Positions 19,072 to 30,476 of a stretch of DNA of 64,000 bases are shown in pieces. The position numbers were made by a program, and so were the translations under genes. The notes beneath the pieces were generated by a model, which saw only the letters and a program-made list of their open reading frames with translations, was not told where the DNA came from and did not search any database. The stretch is from Piromyces finnis finn (taxonomy: Eukaryota > Fungi > Neocallimastigomycota): the NCBI GenBank assembly GCA_002104945.1, contig MCFH01000085.1, positions 1 to 64,000 of the forward strand, read 5' to 3'. The first letter of the stretch is position 1; every line of letters begins with the position of its first letter.

Positions 19072-19916
19072 TGGTTTTGGGTTTTGAGGAGGGTAGCTAT
19101 GATTTTGTTCACATCGGTCATTTCGTTTGGGCAGAAGCGGGCATCATGTCCTTTCTGGTTACAACGGTGGCAGATATGAATTTTCATCTGGGCAAAGCTT
19201 TTGGTCAAAGCATCCAGATCTGATTCTTTAGCTTCTTCTTTAGTAGTCTTTTCATTATCAGTACTACTATTATTTTCGTTATTATTATAAGAGGTTTTAT
19301 CTTCAACTTCTGTTTTTCTCTTATAATAATTATTTTTGTTTTGAGTTCTTTTATTGGGTACATATTCATCATCACTTTCATAAGCAGATAGAAGCTCATC
19401 TGCTTTAATAGCAATGACCATAGCATCCTTTAAAGTTTTTGGTTGTTTGTTAATAAGAGAATTTAATATAGAAGTTCTCCTATTAAAAGCTTTTGTATAA
19501 AGAAAAACAAGTCTTTCTTCAGAAGGCTTGTCCCTTTCTTTAATTTCTTTCAAAAGGTCGTTAAAAGAACGGTTAAATTCTCTAACAGAGCTTTTGTTTA
19601 CTTTTATTTTTTCTAACTTATTTAGGTTTCTATTAGAGGTTTTATCATCCTCAAATAAGTTAGATATTTTATTGATAAATTCATTATAAGATAGGGATCT
19701 ATCTTCATAATAAATATCACTACAAAGATCCTTTGAGTTACCGGTAGTAGCAAGCAAAGCAATTCTCTTCTTTTCTTTTTCAGAAAGAGCTAAGTCTTCT
19801 AAGATATCTTCAAGTTCCATTTTCCATCTGAAGAACTTAGTATCTTTCTTGCCAAGAGGGCTTATTTCTTTAGCCATACTAGCGGCTCTTTCAAAATTGT
19901 TTTTATTTTCAGTCAT
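19062..19916 (-). CDS. Gag of element 3 with CCHC zinc knuckle
   Basis: 284-aa intact ORF with CHRCNQKGHDARFC. Confidence 0.9.
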   Translation of the reverse strand: MTENKNNFERAASMAKEISPLGKKDTKFFRWKMELEDILEDLALSEKEKKRIALLATTGNSKDLCSDIYYEDRSLSYNEFINKISNLFEDDKTSNRNLNKLEKIKVNKSSVREFNRSFNDLLKEIKERDKPSEERLVFLYTKAFNRRTSILNSLINKQPKTLKDAMVIAIKADELLSAYESDDEYVPNKRTQNKNNYYKRKTEVEDKTSYNNNENNSSTDNEKTTKEEAKESDLDALTKSFAQMKIHICHRCNQKGHDARFCPNEMTDVNKIIATLLKTQNHLN

Positions 19917-21754
19917 ATTTAGTAAATAAATAAGATAATTATACTAAATATACTAATTAATAGGAATTATTTAAATTTTCGGCTTTCCCACGGGACGACT
20001 GAGGTTCTCCACCACTTGATAACGGATTGGTAGTTATATTACAACTTTTTAACTACTTCTTCTGTTATCTTATATTGTTTTATCTCGACAGCTATTGTAC
20101 GAGCTTTAACAATATCTACTAGTTTTATTAATTTATTTTAAGTTATTTTATAATTTTAATAGTTTTATTATTTTAATAATATTTATATAGAATAATAACA
20201 CCAGATTTATTCTATAAAATATTATTTATTATTAACACAATAATTACAAATTAGACAAGTTTAATTTCGTTTTTATATTTTCTTTTATTTATTGTTCTTA
20301 CGCTCTTTTTAACAATAATTTTTATTATATAAAAACTTATTTTTTGTCTTTTAAATATTATTATGTATTATTTAACTAACTATATTAACTATTATTAAAA
20401 TTTAACTTATTATTAATAATCTAAGTCTTCTTATTTTCTACTAAAAAATATTATTATTCTTTATATTAAAAATTATTTTTATAATTTAACCCAATCAAAT
20501 ATATAAATTTATAAAATATTTGATTTTATGTAAATTATATTTTTATAATAAACTATATAAAATTATTTAATAATTATTTTATAATAAAATTTTCTACTAA
20601 TATCAAATTTATAATATATTTATAATTATTATTTATCAAAAATGATGCGTTGACCGATATATTTTTGAATAATATAATATTTTTAATAAATAATAAATTC
20701 TAATATTTATGATGAAACAATAAATTTAAAATAAAATAAAATATGTTTTATAATTAACAAATAAATCACTCAAAAACTCGAAAATAAACTCTTTTTATTA
20801 TATTTAAATTATCTCTTTATTATATTTATAATTTATTTATTGTCTATTTATTGTCCGCCCCTTATAAAGAAGAATTTTATCTTCCTTTTATACATTTTCA
20901 TTTATTACATGTATTATTATTTTTAACTATTAAATGTTATTATTACTATTGTTATTATTTATTAAAATTAAAAGAATAAATTAAAATTATGTCTTAGTAT
21001 TATAAAATATTATAGAATATTACTTATTTGATTTTCTTATTACTTCAAAATGTTTAAAATTAGAAAAACTATTATAAATTATCATTAACTATCATTAAAT
21101 GTATAATACCTTGAATAAAATAATTAAAATTTAAAATTAAAATAATATTAAATTAAAATAAAAATTAAAATAAAAATTGAAATAAAATTAATAAAATCAA
21201 ATATTAAAAGTATCAATTAATATAAACACATTTTATACAGAAACATAAAAGAGTTCTGTATTTTATCTTTAAAATTGTTATTATTGTTCTATTTCCAGGC
21301 TTTAAATTAATCACTTTTAGTAATAATTACTCAGTTATTTATTTGTTAATTTATATATATAAGTTTGAAAGAATTTCTAAAGAACACTTGGATAAAACAC
21401 TAGAATTAATAATTTAATGTATATCATTTTATTTTTTTAGTTTATTTATTCATTTTTATTTACTTATTATTATTTTATTATTTTAATACATTTTTGGATT
21501 GAGTCGTTTTATTTTATTTAATAATTTATTTTATTATTATCTCTATTAAGTCGTTTTTATTCATAATTTATTATTTAATAAAGAGAATATTATTTATTTA
21601 AAAGAAAGGGTTATATTTCCATAAAATTATTATTTATTCATTTTTAAGGGTTATTATCTTTTATTTTTATTATAAGTCGCTATGGGTTAATTCGTGTTTA
21701 TTCGGCTAGTTTTTATTACGTTTTTATGTGAGTAGCGTATCAAGATCCCCCCAC

Positions 21755-24700
21755 TTAAGTTTGGACTTCGTCCCTGGAAGTCTCATTGTGCCAAGTATGA
21801 TAATGAACTAAATTCTTTTGATGAACATTTCTTTCAGCTATTGCACCACTAATAGGGTCACATAATGTAGCAGTATTAAATTCCATTTTAATAATACGGA
21901 AAGGTCCCATGAAAAATGGATCTAACTTTCTTCTTGAAAAATTTCTAACAAGTACTAAATCACCAGCTGAGAATGCAGTATTCATTGAAGCTTTTTGTTT
22001 TCTTCTATTTTCCCATAATTTATTAGCATTCTGAATATTTTTGGTAACTTCAATAATCCATTCCCAATGTGTAGTAAATTTATTTATTAAATATTCTTCT
22101 GGAGTTTCGTATTCATTTTTATTATTATATTCTATCATAAGTTCAAATGGTTGAAGGTCAGTACGACCATATAATAATTCAAAACTAGAAAATTTTGTTA
22201 CTTCATTTTTACAAGTACGTAGAGCCCATAGAGCAGATGGTAGAACTTCGTCCCATTCTTTATTTGAGTTTCCTAGTAGTCGAATATTTTTAACAATTTC
22301 TCTATTACGATTTTCTACTTGCCCATTTGTTTCTGGATGATAAGTACTAGAATATTGAACATATATACCATATAAATCAAGGAAGCCTTTAGTAGCATCA
22401 GAAGTAAATTGTGGACCATTATCAGTAATTAATATTTCCGGAGTACCATGTCTAGAAAATACATTTGTAAGAAATTTTATAACATCCGTAGATTCAATTG
22501 ACTTTAGTGGTTCAGCTTCAACCCATTTGGTAAAATAGTCTACAAGTACTATTATATATTTATTATTATTTTTAGTTATTGGTAGTGGTCCAATAATATC
22601 TAAACCAACTCTAGTGAATGGTAGACCTGGTTTTGTAGCAAATGATTCAGTACCACTATTAATAGGTTGAGGTCTCTTTAATTGACAATCATGGCAAGTT
22701 TTTACAAGTAGTTCTACATCTTTAGACATATTTTTCCAATAATAATTTTTCTTTAATCGGTTATAAGTTTTATAAAATCCTTCATGACCTATTGAATGTG
22801 CAGCTAATAGTAATTCTATTTTCTCTTCTTTATCTTCGACAACTTTTCTGATATTGTCACCATCTTTATAGTACTTTATTCCATTTATTAAGATAATTTT
22901 CTTTTTAAGAAAGTCTTTAATTTTATTACTTCCTGGATATTCATTAGAATTATTTTCACTGGTGGTACCAATAGATGTATCAGTTACTTCAGTTACAAGT
23001 ACAGCTTCTAAGTCAGTATCATTATCTAATACTTCTTCTTTTTCATTTTCAAATGAAACGGAGGATATTTTTATTTTATTTTCTATATTAAAATAATTAT
23101 TTTTATCAATATTAAAAATATTAGATGGTTCAAATGAATGAATTTTATTAAGATTATTATTATTGTGGATGTTAGAATTATAATAGTTAGTTGTAGTATT
23201 TTCATTTAATTTAGGAAAATCATTTTTATTTATATCTATTTTATTATTTAAGTAGCAAGTGTTATTTAAGTCATTGATATCACTATTCATTACTTCATTA
23301 TAAACAATATCATTATCATATTCAGATAATTCATTTATTTCATTATTTTTAAAATAATTATTATTCTTGCTTTTATCAATATCATTTTTAAAATTTATAT
23401 TTATATTTTTACTCCCATGTGAATTATTATTAGTAGAGATATAATTATTTAAATCAACATTATTAAGTTTAGAATATTTAATTGAATTTACACTTTCATT
23501 AACACAAGAATTTTTATTAAAGTCAATATTTTTATCAATATAAGGATTAATATTGTTATTTTTATTTATTTCATTATCATTAATACATGAATTATTAAAA
23601 TTACAAGAATAAACTATATTTTCATTATTTTTAGAGTAAAAATCTTTATTTGAATTTAAAATATTATTTTTAGTAGTTTCACCATCATTATTATTAAAGG
23701 TAGCTAGTGAAATTTTTATATCATTTTTATTGTCTGGTATTAGTCTAGATAATGCATCAGCGACTACATTTTTCTTTCCTTGTTCATATTTGACTTTTAC
23801 CTTGAGCATACTAAGTGTAGTAACCCAGCGTGTTTGACGAGCATTATTTGGTTCTTTATTATTAAATAAGCCAACTAAAGGTTTATGGTCAGTATATAAT
23901 ATCGTTTCTTCTTTATTCCCACTTATATAAGATTTAAATTTCTTACAACAATAAAAAGCTGCGGTTCCTTCTAAGTCAGTTATACTATAATTAATTTCAC
24001 TATCATTTAAAGACCTACTAACATAATGAATTGGATGTTCAACATTATTTTCATCTTTTTGAAGTAATACACCACCAATACCATTAAGTGATGCATCAGT
24101 TCTTATAATAAAATTTTATCATAGTCAGGATATTTTAAAATAGGAGACTTAATCAGTCTTTCTTTTAGTATTTGGAAACTTTGTTCAGTTTCAGATGTCC
24201 ATTCAAATTTCATACCCTTTTTTAATAATTTAAATAATGGATGAGCAATTTGGGCAAAATCTTTTATAAACTTCCTGTAATATCCTATAGCTCCTAAAAA
24301 TGATCTTAGCTGTGTAAGGTTTGTTGGTGACTTCCAATTTTTAATAGTTTCAATTTTCTTTTCAACTGGTTTGACACCTTCTACTGATAGAATATGACCA
24401 AGGACCTCTACTTCTTGTTTTAAGAAATGACATTTAGAAAGATTTGCTTTTATACCATTTTCTTTTATTATATTAAAAACCTTTTGAAGATCTAATATAT
24501 GTTGTTCAAGACTTGGAGAAAATACTAAAAGGTCATCCATATAAACAAATAAACATTTTCCAATAAGTGGTAGAAATATACGGTTCATTTCTCTTTGAAA
24601 GGTTGCTGGAGCATTACATAAACCAAAAGGCATTACTTTGTAATTATAATTTCCAAATATTGTTGTAAAACATGTTTTATCAATATCTTCTTTTTCATTG

Positions 24701-26474
24701 GTATTTGATGAAAACCAGAGAATAAATCTAATGTAGATAAATATTTTACATTATTACCAATAGAAAATAATATTTCTTCGATGTATGGAAGTGGATATGA
24801 ATCTTTTATTGTTATAGAATTTAATTTTCTATAATCTACACACATCCTCCATTTTCCATTCTTTTTTGGTACTAATAAAACTGGAGAAGACCAAGATGAT
24901 TGTGATGGTTCTATTAAATCATTCTTTAAAAGCTTTCCTATTTCTTCTTTTAGAATTTCCATATGTTCTTTATTAGAAATACGATACATTTTCTGTTTAA
25001 TAGGATCATCTTGATTTAATTTAATTTCATGAGCTAATAATTTTGATTTACCCAAATCATCAGTATCATTAGCTAGAACATCTATATTAGTTATTAAAAG
25101 ATTCTTCAGTTGGTCTTTTGCTTCTTTTTGTGTTTCATCAACTATTTTATTAATAAGTTGTAATTTAGAATCACTAGTAGTTTTAATTTCTAAATCTTGA
25201 TATTTATCATTCTGACTAGTTAAGTAATATATTAATGCATCTTGATTAATTTCTTCATCAAATTCTTCTATTAAGTTAGTTTGATTCATTTCATTAATAC
25301 TTTCAAAAGATCCAATTTTGTGAATATCATCAGTTTTCTGATATAAAGTATGATCAGAAAAGTCCATAATTAATTTCATATTAGCTAAAGTTTCTACACC
25401 AATTAAGACCTGGAATATATCTTCTTTTTCAATAAGTCTAAATATTTCTTTAGATGTTATATTACCAATAGTAATTTCAATTTCATATAGATGCGACTCA
25501 ATAGTAGTATTGGAATAAGCTTGATATAAAGTTTCTCTAATTTTTGAAACTGGTTTTAATGGAATATTATTTTCTAATAAGAATTTTCTAGTAATCATAT
25601 TTATAGATGAACAGGAATCCAAATATACAGTAGTTTCTATTCCTTCTATTTTGCATTTTGATTTCACAACTTTATCTTTTCTTATGGTGGAAAGAATTGT
25701 AGATTCATCCTCAATAATTTTAGTAAATTTTAATGCTTTTGAAAGTTCTGTTTTTAATTTAGGACTAATTTCAAGTAGTTGACCTATTGTTATATTTGCA
25801 AATTTTTCTCCTATATCTTTAGTTATATTATATTTTTCTTGATCTGCTGATATAACTAATCTTTTTGTACCTTTTTCATTTGGTACATCTTTTTCTTTTT
25901 GACTTGGAAGTTCAATCTCTTTTGCTAATTCTATTATTTCCTTTTCTCGTTCTTTTTTATTATTTCGTTTAGCTTTATCTATAGTGGGTTGATTAATGAA
26001 TGAAGGATCTAATTGTTTTAATGCTTCTGTTGAATTAGTGTTATTATTAATATTATTATCATTAATGTTATTATCTATTTTATTACTTTCATTATTATTT
26101 ATATTAGTGTCATTATTCATACTCATATTATTATTAATATTATTATTATAATTATTATTAAGATTATTATTATTATTATTATTTTCATTTTCAATTACAG
26201 TCTCCATTTCTACTTCATTATTTGGAACTTCAATTATATCTTCATAAGTATTATTTAATGGTTCTCTAGTCTCATTACTTGGAACTCTAATTGGTTGTGG
26301 ATTGTCACTTAATTTTTCTTTGGTAGTTCTTTTATATGGTTTAATATCAGTATTCTTTTTAGCTTTTCTTATTACTGGAATAGTAATTTCTTCATTTACT
26401 GGTACTGATATTGTAGCAAAAGTAGTATTGGTTTGATTTATGGGAGTATTCCTTCTCCCACTCATAAGTTTAAA
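21755..26474 (-). CDS. Pol polyprotein of element 2 (protease, RT, RNase H, integrase), with frame breaks
   Basis: ORF 24633-26465 has YLDSCSS; ORF 24103-24633 has YMDDLL; RNase H (TDAS) lies near 24090-24102; ORF 21755-23809 has HSIGH...CHDC, LDIIG, TDNG and GPF. Confidence 0.9.
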
Positions 26475-27687
26475 TGATTTTGATTAGAGTTTATAAGGCC
26501 TTGTTTTTCCATTTCTGCAAGTTCTTGGAATGTATATTTGCAATCTTGCATTTTGTGGCCTACTTGTTGACATCTAAAACATTTATTTCTTTGAGACTGG
26601 TTAAACATATTCACTTGACTTTGAGGTGTGGTTTGATTAACTTTATTAGTAGTAGTATTCATTTTATTAGCATTATTAGAATAATTATTAGAATTTTGAT
26701 ATGATTTATTTTCTCCCATATTGGAATAATTATTGTTACTAAATGTATTAGAATTATTAGGGTATTTATTATAACCATTATTATATGCATTTTGATCACC
26801 TTGATAGTTATTATAATTATTATTATAGTTATTATAATTATTAGTATTGAAATTATTTGGGTAATTATTTCTGTAATTATTCCTTTTGTTAAAACGTTGA
26901 TTTCTCATATTATAGTTTCCATTGAATCGCATATTATAATTATTATAATTATTATTTTATCATAATTATTATTATCATAATTATTATTATAGTTATTATT
27001 ATTATAGTTATTATTATAATATCCATTATAAGTATATGGACTATCATTATTATTATAATAATTATAGTTAGTTCCACCACTATGTTGAGTAAATAGATTA
27101 TAATTTTGGTTTTGATATGGATCAAAGTAAGGTTGGCTGTCCGTAAACATATTAACATTATGATACTGAGGAACTTCAGTTGCTGATTCAGCTAATTCGG
27201 CAACCTTAAAAGCAGCTTCTATATCTTTAGGTTGGGCAGTGATTACTTGAGTTCTAATGAAAGGACGAGAAATGATGGAATTAGTATAATCTTTAACAGT
27301 AATGAATAGTTGGGATCCAACATTAAGATTTTTATATAAGTTTCCATATCTCCAGTTGAAATCCTTAATACTTTCTCCTCTTCTAATTTTTAGAGACTTA
27401 ACATTGAAGCATTTTTCTTGAGGCGTGATTTCTAAGTATTCTTCAATAGCCTCTTTAATATCTTCGATACTAGGATAATTTGTTCCAGTATCACTTTCTG
27501 TTTTTAAGTCATCAATGATTCCTTTTAATCTACCTTGGACACATTCCTTTGCCCAAGCGAATATCTTTTTGGGATCATTGATGTCAGATAGGTCCATAAC
27601 TCTGCTGAATTCTTCAGCCCAGCTTTCGATATCCCTATCTTGACTACCAATTCTAGGTAGCATTTTAGTGATTTCACTGATCTTCAT
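26462..27687 (-). CDS. Gag of element 2, split by an indel in an AAT-rich tract
   Basis: Capsid-like ORF 26905-27687 is similar to element 1 gag. ORF 26462-26932 carries CFRCQQVGHKMQDC. Confidence 0.88.
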
Positions 27688-28278
27688 TTTTGTATATATA
27701 AATTTCTTATAAGGTAAAATAATTAAAATAAAAGAATAATTTAATTTGAAATAAATGATAATAAAGAAAATAATTGGAATTTATATATTATATATATATA
27801 TATGTGTTTTGAACTTTAATAATATAATAATATTAATAATATTTATAAAATTAAAAATGAAAAGAATTGAATATATAAATAATTGATAAATTGATAAAGT
27901 ATAAAATAATATAAAATTTATAAATTTTTTTTTTTTTTTTTTTTTTTTTTTGAAAAAAAATTAAAGAAAATTATTTAGAAATTGAGAAGTATATTAAAGA
28001 AAAATAAAAGAATAAAAAATAAGTAATACAACAGAAATCTATATATATATTGTATAAATTATATATATTATATGGATTATATAAATTATAAAAATTATAT
28101 AAATAAATGAAATTTAATATTGAATGAGATCAGATCAGAGAAGTATTTTATAGAAAGTATATTATATTATTATTATTAGTCAGGAATAATAGAAGCTTTA
28201 CGGAATAATATCTAATTATAAATTTAAATGCAATTTATTAACTCTCAATTTTAAATGATCAAGGAAGAATGAAAGAAT

Positions 28279-28320
<42 letters not shown>

Positions 28321-29187
28321 AATTAGGAATTTATAAGAATATGTATATTTTTTTTTATTTAATTTAATTATAATAGTTTATATATATTGTTACAATTATT
28401 TATTTATTTTTAGGCACCCGAGGCACAGTGACTATAAAGACTTTCGGATCCCTACTAAACCCCCACCTTTAAATGATAAATTTTCACTTCCAAAGTTCTG
28501 CTCCTTACTCAGGATTTTCAGCCGAACTTGCTACTCTCTTACTTGAGAATCAAATAAAGGCTGTCTAGTATACCTACTCCCTCTTGCTGAGTGTGTACCC
28601 GCCTTACTCTCTAAATAATAATTGCTTTAATTATTGCTATATTTCGAACTCAGTCTATTATATAACAACAACCAATATATACTTACTATTTTTTTTTTTT
28701 TTTTTTGTTATAATTTAAATTAAAAAAATTTTTAGTCAATAATTAAGAATATTGAAATAAATTATTCGCTTAATATGTAGGTAGCCTTAAGCTAAGAAGT
28801 TTTTCATTCAACAGCCGCCTCTACAAATAAGCACTGGTGAATTAATTTATTCTCTTAATTAAGAAATAAAAATTGTATATTTAATTCAAATTATGATCTT
28901 ATTATTAACTGCTGAGAAGGATTAACTTTTTTTTCCTAGTTTTTACTATCACACTGATCCCCTGGATAGATCAGAAATATAACAAACTAACTGAATGGAT
29001 TAAGTTATCCTTATTAATAATAAGAACGGAAACGATTATAGGAATTATAGAAATTTTCTTCCTTGTGTAACGTATATGACTAACTATTAATCACTTAGTC
29101 TTTAATTTCTTAAATACCCTTTTTAGAAATATTAAAATTTTTATAATTTTAAAATTATATATATTTCCTTTTATATATATAATTAAA

Positions 29188-29226
<39 letters not shown>

Positions 29227-30476
29227 GAAGAATATATAATAAAATTAAATTAAGTGTAAACTGTTTTTTTTTTATAAACGCTTAATATCTTAGAATTTAT
29301 TAGTATTATTATTAATATTATTCTTTTTCATATCTTTGGTCACGCCCGGATTCTCCACCAAAATTTTATGATGCGTTGACCGATATATTTTTGAATAATA
29401 TAATATTTTTAATAAATAATAAATTCTAATATTTATGATGAAACAATAAATTTAAAATAAAATAAAATATGTTTTATAATTAACAAATAAATCACTCAAA
29501 AACTCGAAAATAAACTCTTTTTATTATATTTAAATTATCTCTTTATTATATTTATAATTTATTTATTGTCTATTTATTGTCCGCCCCTTATAAAGAAGAA
29601 TTTTATCTTCCTTTTATACATTTTCATTTATTACATGTATTATTATTTTTAACTATTAAATGTTATTATTACTATTGTTATTATTTATTAAAATTAAAAG
29701 AATAAATTAAAATTATGTCTTAGTATTATAAAATATTATAGAATATTACTTATTTGATTTTCTTATTACTTCAAAATGTTTAAAATTAGAAAAACTATTA
29801 TAAATTATCATTAACTATCATTAAATGTATAATACCTTGAATAAAATAATTAAAATTTAAAATTAAAATAATATTAAATTAAAATAAAAATTAAAATAAA
29901 AATTGAAATAAAATTAATAAAATCAAATATTAAAAGTATCAATTAATATAAACACATTTTATACAGAAACATAAAAGAGTTCTGTATTTTATCTTTAAAA
30001 TTGTTATTATTGTTCTATTTCCAGGCTTTAAATTAATCACTTTTAGTAATAATTACTCAGTTATTTATTTGTTAATTTATATATATAAGTTTGAAAGAAT
30101 TTCTAAAGAACACTTGGATAAAACACTAGAATTAATAATTTAATGTATATCATTTTATTTTTTTAGTTTATTTATTCATTTTTATTTACTTATTATTATT
30201 TTATTATTTTAATACATTTTTGGATTGAGTCGTTTTATTTTATTTAATAATTTATTTTATTATTATCTCTATTAAGTCGTTTTTATTCATAATTTATTAT
30301 TTAATAAAGAGAATATTATTTATTTAAAAGAAAGGGTTATATTTCCATAAAATTATTATTTATTCATTTTTAAGGGTTATTATCTTTTATTTTTATTATA
30401 AGTCGCTATGGGTTAATTCGTGTTTATTCGGCTAGTTTTTATTACGTTTTTATGTGAGTAGCGTATCAAAAAATTA

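Larger units (their letters stand above)
16108..20638 (-). mobile_element. Complete non-autonomous gag-protease LTR retroelement, family A (element 3)
   Basis: LTRs 16108-16728 and 20017-20638, PBS TGGTGGAGAA at 20005-20014, polypurine tract near 16729-16745. No RT, RNase H or integrase motifs between the LTRs. Confidence 0.92.
20643..30468 (-). mobile_element. Full-length Ty3/Gypsy LTR retrotransposon, family B (element 2)
   Basis: 1100-bp LTRs 20643-21742 and 29369-30468 that look identical by eye, PBS 29343-29360, polypurine tract AAGTGGGGGGATCT, AAAA on both flanks. Confidence 0.95.

Noticed and set aside
28555-28570. Dicistrovirus-type IRES (CAGCC and TATTT motifs on the minus strand)
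   Set aside because: The motifs are in the wrong order, lack the flanking stems and are short enough to occur by chance.
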